Positions 8,604-15,923 of a stretch of DNA of 64,000 nucleotides are shown piece by piece. The stretch lies in NCBI GenBank assembly GCA_003169975.1, contig PNAA01000056.1:3123-67122 (forward strand), read 5' to 3'. Made by a program: the position numbers and the translations under genes. Positions within the stretch are counted from its first letter, which is position 1. Each line of letters starts with the position of its first letter. The stretch comes from Spartobacteria bacterium. Lineage in GTDB: Bacteria; Verrucomicrobiota; Verrucomicrobiia; Chthoniobacterales; UBA10450. Below the pieces are notes generated by a model, which was given only the letters and a program-made list of their open reading frames with translations, made no database searches and was not told the origin of the DNA.

Positions 8604-10295
8604 ATGAGTGTCGACGCTTTTCAGGCTGGCATTTTTCTGCTGGTCGTCGCTGCGCTGGTCAAGCCGGTCGGCGCGTATCTGGAACGGGTTTTCCAGCGGC
8701 AAAAAACATGGCTCGACCCGCTGCTTGTGCCAGTGGAGCGCCTCATTCACCGGATTCTGGGCATCGACGCGCGAGGTGAAATGGATTGGAAACGTTACTC
8801 GCTGGCCTTTGTGATTTTCAGTGTTGTCAATGTTGTCGCGCTCTATTTCCTGCTGCGCTGGCAGGCATGGTTGCCTTGGTATTTTCCGAAGGTAATGACC
8901 ACGCCAATGGCTCCGGATCTGGCGGCGAACACGGCTGTCAGTTTCGTGACCACAACCACGTGGCAGGCCTACGCCGGCGAGAACACGTTGAGCTACTTCA
9001 GTCAGATATTGCTCGCCGGGCAGAACTTTGTCGCCGGCGCGGCAGGACTTGCCGTGGGCATTGCTTTTATTCGCGGTTACGTGCACGAGAAGACGGAGAA
9101 CCTGGGTAACTTCTGGGTTGATCTCATTCGCGCGCTCTTATGGGTGCTCGTGCCGCTCTCGGTCGTTGGGAGCATCTTCCTGGTCTGGCAAGGTGTGCCG
9201 ATGAATTTCCTGCCATACGCTGTCGCGCACACCATCGAGGGCGGGACTCAGACCATCGCTCGCGGGCCTGTCGCCGCGCTGGAGTTTATCAAGAATCTCG
9301 GCACCAACGGCGGCGGCTTTTTCAATGTCAATGGCGCGCATCCTTTCGAAAATCCGACGCCGCTGACGAACTTTGTCGAACTGCTCGCCATTGTGGTGCT
9401 GCCCGCCGCTTTTACGCACACCTTCGGCCGAATGGTGGGCAAACCGCGTGACGGCTGGGTGATCTTTTGGACGATGACCGCGCTCTTTATCGCGGGCTTA
9501 GTTGTGTGCGAATGGGCGGAAGGAAGCATGCACCCTGCGCTGGCACACGAGATCGCCGGCGGCAACATGGAAGGCAAAGAGGTGCGCTTTGGCGTCGGCG
9601 GTTCGGCCCTCGCGGCGGTCGTGACTTCCAATGGCGCGACTGGCTCCTACAACTCAATGCACGACAGCTTCGAGCCGCTCGGGGTCGCCGTGCCGCTGGT
9701 TAATATGTTGCTCGGCGAGATTGTCTACGGTGGCTTGGGCACGGGGCTTTACAGCATGATCTTCGTTGCCTTGCTGGCGCTGTTCGTCGGCGGATTAATG
9801 GTCGGCCGCAGCCCCGAACATCTTGGCCGGCGGCTCGGACCGCCCGAGATGAAAATCATCGCACTTTATACGCTTCTCGGACCGGTCACTGTGCTCGTGA
9901 TGACGGCTGTTGCTGTCGTGACGGACGCCGGTCGCGTGGGACTGACGACCAACGTCGGGTCGCATGGATTCACCGAAATTCTTTTCGCCTACGCGAGCGC
10001 TTTCGCAAACAATGGCCAGAGCATGGCGGGCCTCAGCGCCAACAATATTTTTTACAACACAACGACGATCATCGCCATGCTGGCCGGCCGCTTTGGTCTG
10101 GCGGTGTTGGCTCTGGCCCTGGCGGGCCGCTTCGCCGCTGCGCGCCGACGACCTGCCGGCGCTGGCACGATGCGTTCGGACGGAGTGCTATTCGGCATGC
10201 TGCTTGCGGGAACAGCGATCTTTGTGGGTGCGCTGAATTTCCTGCCTGCGCTCGCGCTCGGACCGATCCTCGAGCATTTTTCAATGCGTCCATAA
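8604..10295 (+). CDS. kdpA: potassium-transporting ATPase subunit KdpA, orphan copy (no kdpB/kdpC follows)
   Basis: 563 aa, full-length KdpA-like (NTAVSFVTTTTWQAYAGE, LGTNGGGFFNVNGAHPFENPTP, TSNGATGSYNSMHDSF). By eye it is substantially diverged from the second kdpA at 15924. Confidence 0.9.
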   Translation: MSVDAFQAGIFLLVVAALVKPVGAYLERVFQRQKTWLDPLLVPVERLIHRILGIDARGEMDWKRYSLAFVIFSVVNVVALYFLLRWQAWLPWYFPKVMTTPMAPDLAANTAVSFVTTTTWQAYAGENTLSYFSQILLAGQNFVAGAAGLAVGIAFIRGYVHEKTENLGNFWVDLIRALLWVLVPLSVVGSIFLVWQGVPMNFLPYAVAHTIEGGTQTIARGPVAALEFIKNLGTNGGGFFNVNGAHPFENPTPLTNFVELLAIVVLPAAFTHTFGRMVGKPRDGWVIFWTMTALFIAGLVVCEWAEGSMHPALAHEIAGGNMEGKEVRFGVGGSALAAVVTSNGATGSYNSMHDSFEPLGVAVPLVNMLLGEIVYGGLGTGLYSMIFVALLALFVGGLMVGRSPEHLGRRLGPPEMKIIALYTLLGPVTVLVMTAVAVVTDAGRVGLTTNVGSHGFTEILFAYASAFANNGQSMAGLSANNIFYNTTTIIAMLAGRFGLAVLALALAGRFAAARRRPAGAGTMRSDGVLFGMLLAGTAIFVGALNFLPALALGPILEHFSMRP

Positions 10296-10391
10296 CCTGG
10301 TTCCCGCGTTGAAACGCACTATCGCAATGGTCAGAGGAGTAGGTATCGCCGTGTCATTATCCCGGGATAGTGACTGGAACAGCCGGAAGCG

Positions 10392-10912
10392 AAAAAACTC
10401 CCTTGGACCGCGGCGCCGGCGGACACACGACAGGCACGATCAACCCCGGCGTGATCTGGGCGGGCCACCTCTTTCAGTTTGTAGTGGAGGCGGTCGTTCC
10501 GATCATCTCGCTCCGCTTGCCGCCGCTGCGCGAGCGCAGGGACGATCTGGAGAAGATTGCGCTCAGCCATCTGACCTTTCTCGCAGGACATGCGGGCAAG
10601 AATGTGCGCGGTTTCTCGCCCGACGCGCTGACCGCGATGCGGCAATACGCGTGGCCGGGCAATCTCCGCGAGCTTCATAACGTGATCGAGCGGGCGGTGA
10701 TTTTGTGCAGCAGCGAAATGATTGAGGCGGACGATCTATCCGACACGATTCAAACCAGCTCCGAGTTGCGCCTCGGTGGAAAACTCACCGTGCACGAAAT
10801 CGAGCCGGAGCACATTCGGCGGGTGATAGCGAGCACGCACACCCTGGATGAAGCAGCGACGATTCTCGGCATTGACCCAGCAACGCTCTACCGCAAACGC
10901 AAGAAACTCTAG
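10392..10912 (+). pseudogene. mosaic pseudogene: internal fragment of an OM-channel paralog (like 43932-44894) fused to the 5'-truncated 3' end of the sigma-54 activator
   Basis: The track ORF 10370-10912 reads ...TPLDRGAGGHTTGTINPGVIWAGHLFQFVVEAVVPI | [19 protein letters not shown].... The first part matches PLDRGAAGQTTGTINPGVIWAGHYCQFGVEAIVPI of the 43932-44894 protein. The second part matches the C-terminus of the 6931-8253 protein. The junction lies at TCA (10503-10505). Confidence 0.75.
10503..10912 (+). repeat. direct repeat copy B (5'-truncated duplicate of the sigma-54 activator 3' end)
   Basis: See copy A. Homology ends at the stop codon (aagaagctcttctaa versus aagaaactctag). Confidence 0.9.
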
Positions 10913-10968
10913 GCCGGGGTGGCCCGCGTTTTCGCGTCGGGCAAAATGCAATCCGCAGGATGTTCTAA

Positions 10969-10985
10969 TCGTGCATGATGCACGA
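10969..10985. promoter_or_regulatory. 17-bp perfect palindrome TCGTGCAT-G-ATGCACGA, candidate activator (UAS) site
   Basis: 8-bp arms around a single central base, centred about 85 bp upstream of the TGGCAC element at 11062. That is the typical distance for an enhancer-binding-protein site. Confidence 0.35.
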
Positions 10986-11061
10986 CGCACATTGGGCCAA
11001 TGAAGTGACAGAAAACTGTAAATAGCTCTTTTGCAGAATGTAACGCGTTTAGAGAAAGGCA

Positions 11062-11077
11062 TGGCACGCCATCCGCT
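11062..11077 (+). promoter_or_regulatory. candidate sigma-54 (-24/-12) promoter TGGCAC-GCCAT-CCGCT
   Basis: Perfect -24 TGGCAC and correct GG-N10-GC spacing. The -12 element is CCGCT rather than TTGCW. It lies about 165 nt upstream of the kinase start at 11243 and downstream of a sigma-54 activator gene. Confidence 0.4.
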
Positions 11078-11242
11078 AGGGAGGCGAGCATGAAGATGCT
11101 TCGCCAGTTGCCGCAACGGGCCTTCGGTGCCGACGCGAGTCGGAGGCGCGCCGGTTATGGAACCTCAAGTCTGCCGAAAGGCACGGTCGCCATCTAATCT
11201 GGTGGCTCGCCACGCAAAGGCGCATCGGGCACGCTGGGTAGC

Positions 11243-13051
11243 ATGAAACGACGCATCTTTTTCGGTCTCGCACCGCTCTTCATTCTGCTCATCGCAATGG
11301 GTCTTTACGCCGTCACGCTTTTCACGAATCTGGGCAACCGCGTCGATGTCATCCTCCGCGAAAACTTCCGCAGCGTTCTGGCCGGCCAGCAAATGAAAGA
11401 AACCGCTGAACGTATGGATTCGGCCCTCTTCTTCTCGCTCGTGGGCGAGGAAGAGCGAGGGCACAAATTGTATGCGCAAAACCTGCCCGCATTTCGCGAT
11501 AGCGTGCGCATCGAACTCGGCAACATCACTCTGCCGGGTGAAGCAGAACTCGCCGCGAAGGTGAAACAGTTGCACGAGAAATACGCCGCTCGGGCGGAGG
11601 CCTTCTGGGCGACGCCCGACATCGGGCAGCGACGGAAGATGTATTTCGGCGAGATGCTGCCGGCCTTCACGGAAATCAAAGACACCGCGCAGGAAATCAT
11701 CCGCATCAATCAGGACAACATGGTGCAAGCGGACCGAGAGGCCCGCCAACTCGCGGCGGAATCGACGCGCTACATGATCTTCGCGATCGTCGCCGGGATC
11801 GGGGGCGCCATCTTTTTTGCCGTGCGGCTTCAGCGTTCGATCTTGCGTCCGATCCGTCGCCTCACGACCGTCTCAAAGGAACTTGGCGAGGGTAAGCTTG
11901 ACCAGGTCGTACCGGTCACGTCCCAGGACGAACTCGGCCAACTCGCCGACACCTTTAACAAGATGGCGACGAAGTTGCGCGCTTATCGCCAGGTGATGGG
12001 CGACCAGATTCTGCAGGCGCGACAGATGACCGAGATCACTTTTTCGGCGTTCCCCGATCCAATCATCGCGCTTACTTCCGATGGGCGGATCGATTTTACC
12101 AATCCGGCGGCGACCAAGTTTCTCTATCATTGCGGGCAGGCGGATTCCCTCCCCGCCAGCGTGCAGGCGGAGGTCGATCGTGTCTTCAAAGGCGCGCCCG
12201 ATTTTCTGCCGACGAGTTTTGAGAGAGTGATCGTTTTTCGCGTGGATGGGCACGAGGTCTTCATGCTCCCGCGCGTGATCGGGATGCGCGATGAATCGGG
12301 CAACATCTTCGGCGCCGCCGTGATACTCCAGGATGTGACCCGTCTGCGCCTGCTCGATGAGGTGAAGACGAATCTCGTCTCGACAGTCAGTCACGAGTTG
12401 AAGACGCCGCTGACCAGTGTGCGCATGGGCTTGCACCTTCTTCTCGAAGAACGCATCGGCCCTCTCAACGACAAGCAAACGGAATTGCTCCTCGCGGCTC
12501 GCGAAGATTCCGAGCGCCTGCTGCGCATGATCAATGACTTGCTCGATCTGGCGAAGCTCGAGTCAGGCAAGGCCGTGCTGCCGAGCGAGGTAATCGAGCC
12601 ACGGGAGTTAGTCGAAAGCGCGGGCGAAGATTTACGCGGGCTCGTCGAGTCACGCGGCTCGCGGCTCGTGACGAAAACCGAGCCGGGATTGGCGAGTGTC
12701 TTCGTCGATGCGCAACAGATTTCGCACGTTTTTTCGAATTTTGTCTCCAATGCGGTCAAGCACACGAAAGCCGGCGAAGAGATTGTGCTCGGGGCAAGGA
12801 AGCATAACGACACTATCCGCTTTTCCGTGATCGATCACGGCTCCGGGATTGTCCCAAAATATCGCGCGCGCATCTTCGACCGCTTCTTCCGCGTGCCTGG
12901 CTCGGAAGTGACAGGCGCGGGTCTCGGCCTGGCAATTGCCAGGGAAATAGTCCTGGCGCAGGGCGGGACCATCGGCGTCAACAGCAACCCCGGGCAAGGC
13001 AGCGAATTCTATTTCGATCTGCCGCCCGCTCGCAACGGCGCAACCTCATGA
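11243..13051 (+). CDS. sensor histidine kinase (2 TM, periplasmic sensor, HAMP, PAS, HisKA, HATPase_c)
   Basis: HAMP (DELGQLADTFNKMA), PAS (FPDPIIALTSDGRIDFTNPAA), H-box SHELKTPLTSV, G-boxes (DHGSGI, GAGLGLAI). Confidence 0.85.
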   Translation: MKRRIFFGLAPLFILLIAMGLYAVTLFTNLGNRVDVILRENFRSVLAGQQMKETAERMDSALFFSLVGEEERGHKLYAQNLPAFRDSVRIELGNITLPGEAELAAKVKQLHEKYAARAEAFWATPDIGQRRKMYFGEMLPAFTEIKDTAQEIIRINQDNMVQADREARQLAAESTRYMIFAIVAGIGGAIFFAVRLQRSILRPIRRLTTVSKELGEGKLDQVVPVTSQDELGQLADTFNKMATKLRAYRQVMGDQILQARQMTEITFSAFPDPIIALTSDGRIDFTNPAATKFLYHCGQADSLPASVQAEVDRVFKGAPDFLPTSFERVIVFRVDGHEVFMLPRVIGMRDESGNIFGAAVILQDVTRLRLLDEVKTNLVSTVSHELKTPLTSVRMGLHLLLEERIGPLNDKQTELLLAAREDSERLLRMINDLLDLAKLESGKAVLPSEVIEPRELVESAGEDLRGLVESRGSRLVTKTEPGLASVFVDAQQISHVFSNFVSNAVKHTKAGEEIVLGARKHNDTIRFSVIDHGSGIVPKYRARIFDRFFRVPGSEVTGAGLGLAIAREIVLAQGGTIGVNSNPGQGSEFYFDLPPARNGATS

Positions 13052-13740
13052 AAGCAAAAATACTAATCGTAGACGACGAACCGAACGTCCGTCTCAGCTA
13101 TCGCATGGCCCTGGAAGCCGAAGGATACGTCATCAAGGAAGCGCATTGCGGCGCGAGGGCGCTCGATGAGCTGGCCACCGGCGGGTTCGATCTCGCGATC
13201 CTCGATATGCGCATGCCGGAGATGGATGGACTCGACCTTCTCGCGGAAATGCGCAACCGCGGTTTCACCACGCCATCCGTCATCATCACGGCCTTTGGCG
13301 ATGTGCCACACGCCGTCCGCGCGATGAAGCTCGGTGCGATCGATTTTCTCAAGAAACCGATCACGCCGGAGGCGCTACGCAACATCGTGACGGATGTGGT
13401 TTCACGTCACCAAACCGGGGCCACTCCGGCAAGCCCGCCGCGCGATGACTTCCACGATCACATCGTGACCGCACAGCGGCTGCTCAACTTGCAAGATTTC
13501 CCGCGAGCGAAGAAGCACCTCATCCGCGCGCTCGAGCTAAACGACAAATCGCCCGAAGCCTTCAATCTCACGGGCGTGCTCTTCGAGATGCAGGAGGATT
13601 ACGAGCGCGCGAAAAAATACTACGGGCAGGCGATCAAGCTGAACAAGCATTACGAGCCGGCGCAGCAGAACATGCGGCGCATTTTCGAGTTGTTCCATTT
13701 CGGTGCCAGCAAAGAGCCAGTGGCCTTGGGGGATGCCTAG
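13048..13740 (+). CDS. response regulator, REC domain fused to a TPR-like C-terminal domain (copy 1)
   Basis: ILIVDDEPNVR...DLAILDMRMPEMDG receiver. The C-terminus is helical-repeat (AFNLTGVLFEMQEDYERAKKYYGQAIKLN). The ATGA overlap with the kinase stop suggests translational coupling. Confidence 0.85.
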   Translation: MKAKILIVDDEPNVRLSYRMALEAEGYVIKEAHCGARALDELATGGFDLAILDMRMPEMDGLDLLAEMRNRGFTTPSVIITAFGDVPHAVRAMKLGAIDFLKKPITPEALRNIVTDVVSRHQTGATPASPPRDDFHDHIVTAQRLLNLQDFPRAKKHLIRALELNDKSPEAFNLTGVLFEMQEDYERAKKYYGQAIKLNKHYEPAQQNMRRIFELFHFGASKEPVALGDA

Positions 13741-13741
13741 A

Positions 13742-14518
13742 ATGAACAAGCGCCTCCTGATCGTTGATGACGAGCCGAACGTCCGGCTCAGCTATCGCGC
13801 CGCTTTGGAATTAGAAAGTGATTACGCCATTGACGAGGCGAACTCCGCGTTCACCGCCCTGGAGAAGTTGGTCGAGGGCCGCTTCGACCTCGCCATCCTC
13901 GACATGAGGATGCCGGAAATGGATGGGCTCGAGTTGCTCGCCAGGATGCGCGAGCGCGGCCTGTCCACGCCGACAGTCATAATCACCGCTTATGCTGATC
14001 TGCCGCATGCCGTCAAAGCCATAAAGCTGGGTGCGATCGATTTTCTGCAAAAACCACTCACGCCCGATCAACTTCGACAGGTTGTCGCTGAAATCCTTGT
14101 TCGGCACGAGGACAACCAAGGCTTAAACGAGGTCGAAGCGAAGGATTACGCCTACCATTTGCGAGCCGCGAAACGAGCCATCAATCAGCGCGACTTTGAA
14201 GCGGCGAAGCGAAGTTTAAGAAGAGCGCTCCACCTCGACGACCGTTCTGCGGAAGGTTTCAACCTGGCGGGTCTGGTAGCGGAGTTGTCTGGCGACTTCA
14301 AAATCGCAACGCGCTACTACGAACAAGCCTTGCGGATCGACAAGGACTTCGCCCCCGCGCAGCAAAACGCGAAAAGGATCGACGAGCTCGCTCGGCGCGG
14401 AACGAGCAAGGAACCTCTCGCGCTCGGTAACGACCAACTTTCAGATTCTCCAACCACCACATTTCCTAATCAACCACCACACTATGCTCAGAATCCTCAC
14501 TCCATTACTCGCAGTTAG
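13742..14518 (+). CDS. response regulator, REC + TPR-like domain (copy 2, tandem paralog)
   Basis: MNKRLLIVDDEPNVRLSYR...DLAILDMRMPEMDG. By eye it is clearly a close paralog of copy 1 over the REC domain. I prefer the ATG at 13742 over the track start at 13703. Confidence 0.85.
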   Translation: MNKRLLIVDDEPNVRLSYRAALELESDYAIDEANSAFTALEKLVEGRFDLAILDMRMPEMDGLELLARMRERGLSTPTVIITAYADLPHAVKAIKLGAIDFLQKPLTPDQLRQVVAEILVRHEDNQGLNEVEAKDYAYHLRAAKRAINQRDFEAAKRSLRRALHLDDRSAEGFNLAGLVAELSGDFKIATRYYEQALRIDKDFAPAQQNAKRIDELARRGTSKEPLALGNDQLSDSPTTTFPNQPPHYAQNPHSITRS

Positions 14519-15719
14519 TCTCGCTCTACTCGGAAGCATTGTCGCATTCTTGCCCGCACGCGCTGGCCAGGAGGAAACAAAGGCGACGGCTTCTCCCACG
14601 CCCGAGCCACGCTTCAAGATCTCTGGTTGGATCGAAAGCGGCATCACCTTCAATCCAGATAGCCCAGCTGATAATCAAAACTTCGGGCGTTTTTTTGACG
14701 ATCGCGCGAACGAACCGTTGCTAAACCAAGCCGTGCTCAATCTCGAGCGCGCACTGGCACCGCAGCCCGGACAATTCGATTGGGGCTTCAAATTGCAATT
14801 CATGTACGGGAGCGATGCGCGCTTCATTCATTCCCTTGGTCTATTCAGCGATACGGCGGGCACCTCAATCGTCCAGCCGGACTTGCCCGAAGCCTATCTC
14901 AACCTTCACTTTCCCATTATCAGCGAGGGCGGCCTCGACTTGAAGCTTGGCAAATTCGTCACCCTGGAGGGAGTGGAAACGATCGATCCGCGCACAAATT
15001 TCTTCTACTCGCACACCTACATTTTTAATTTTGGCATTCCATTTAACCACACCGGCGCACTGGCGACCCTGCACGCGACCAAGTGGCTCGATCTTTACGC
15101 CGGCGTTACGCGGGGTGTGAATACGAGCATCGACGATAACAACGATAGTGCCTCTTTTCACGGCGGCGTCGGACTCAATCTTCTCGATGGCAAACTGACG
15201 GTTCTCGCGACCACGTCCATTGGTCCTGAAACACCGAATAACAATCACGATCAGCGTTATCTCAATGACATCGCAGTCACGGCAAAGATAACTGATAAAT
15301 TCACTTCGCTGACCGATCTCAATTATGCTCTGGACGAGGTCGCTGGCGCTCAAGCTTATGGCATCGCGCAATATTTTACCTATGCGTTCAACAGTTGGTT
15401 GACTGCTGGAATCCGCGGCGAACTCTTTCGGGATGCCGACGGCTTTTACGTCGTCTCGTTTGCCAACACCCATGACCCGATGCGCGCCTTGGAAGGTCTG
15501 TCGACCATTGATCCGCGCACCGTCGGTGGCGGGAAGACAACCTATGGGGCGATCACAGCCGGCGTAAACATCAAGCCGCCCATGCCAAAGCCCCTGGCGG
15601 GCATGGCGATCCGGCCCGAGGTCCGATACGACCGCTCTTTGAACAACACACGACCTTTCAACGACTCAAGCGACCGCGATCAATTTACTGCCGGGATCGA
15701 CTTCATTCTAACCTTCTGA
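14484..15719 (+). CDS. outer-membrane beta-barrel porin (OmpL/bbp2-like) inside the kdp gene string
   Basis: Signal peptide (LLAVSLALLGSIVAFLPARA), alternating beta-strand pattern, and a C-terminal ...GIDFILTF ending in Phe. It overlaps the upstream regulator by 35 nt. Confidence 0.7.
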   Translation: MLRILTPLLAVSLALLGSIVAFLPARAGQEETKATASPTPEPRFKISGWIESGITFNPDSPADNQNFGRFFDDRANEPLLNQAVLNLERALAPQPGQFDWGFKLQFMYGSDARFIHSLGLFSDTAGTSIVQPDLPEAYLNLHFPIISEGGLDLKLGKFVTLEGVETIDPRTNFFYSHTYIFNFGIPFNHTGALATLHATKWLDLYAGVTRGVNTSIDDNNDSASFHGGVGLNLLDGKLTVLATTSIGPETPNNNHDQRYLNDIAVTAKITDKFTSLTDLNYALDEVAGAQAYGIAQYFTYAFNSWLTAGIRGELFRDADGFYVVSFANTHDPMRALEGLSTIDPRTVGGGKTTYGAITAGVNIKPPMPKPLAGMAIRPEVRYDRSLNNTRPFNDSSDRDQFTAGIDFILTF

Positions 15720-15730
15720 CCTAACGACTT

Positions 15731-15814
15731 ATGATTGACCTGTTTTTTATCGCACTCACCATCGGCTTCTTCGCTTTGATGCTGGTCTTCATCTGGGCCT
15801 GCGAAAAGGTCTAA
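15731..15814 (+). CDS. 27-aa hydrophobic peptide (MIDLFFIALTIGFFALMLVFIWACEKV), possible KdpF-like paralog
   Basis: Not in the ORF track (too short). Single TM helix, same length and same ..EK(V/F) ending as the adjacent KdpF. It fills the porin-kdpF gap exactly. Confidence 0.4.
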   Translation: MIDLFFIALTIGFFALMLVFIWACEKV

Positions 15815-15827
15815 CCACTACAATCCA

Positions 15828-15911
15828 ATGGAAAACACTATCGTCGGAATCATTGCTTTTGCATTGATCGTCTATCTCATCTTCACGATCGTCCGCCCGG
15901 AGAAATTCTAA
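15828..15911 (+). CDS. kdpF: K+-transporting ATPase subunit F
   Basis: MENTIVGIIAFALIVYLIFTIVRPEKF: a single TM helix and the ...Y(L/A)...RPEKF ending characteristic of KdpF, 12 nt upstream of kdpA. Confidence 0.7.
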   Translation: MENTIVGIIAFALIVYLIFTIVRPEKF

Positions 15912-15923
15912 CTACCACTACTC

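Noticed and set aside
10370-10912. 180-aa track ORF as a genuine regulator gene.
   Set aside because: It is a fusion of two truncated fragments from unrelated genes (OM channel and sigma-54 activator). It lacks the REC and AAA+ domains. I called it a pseudogene instead.
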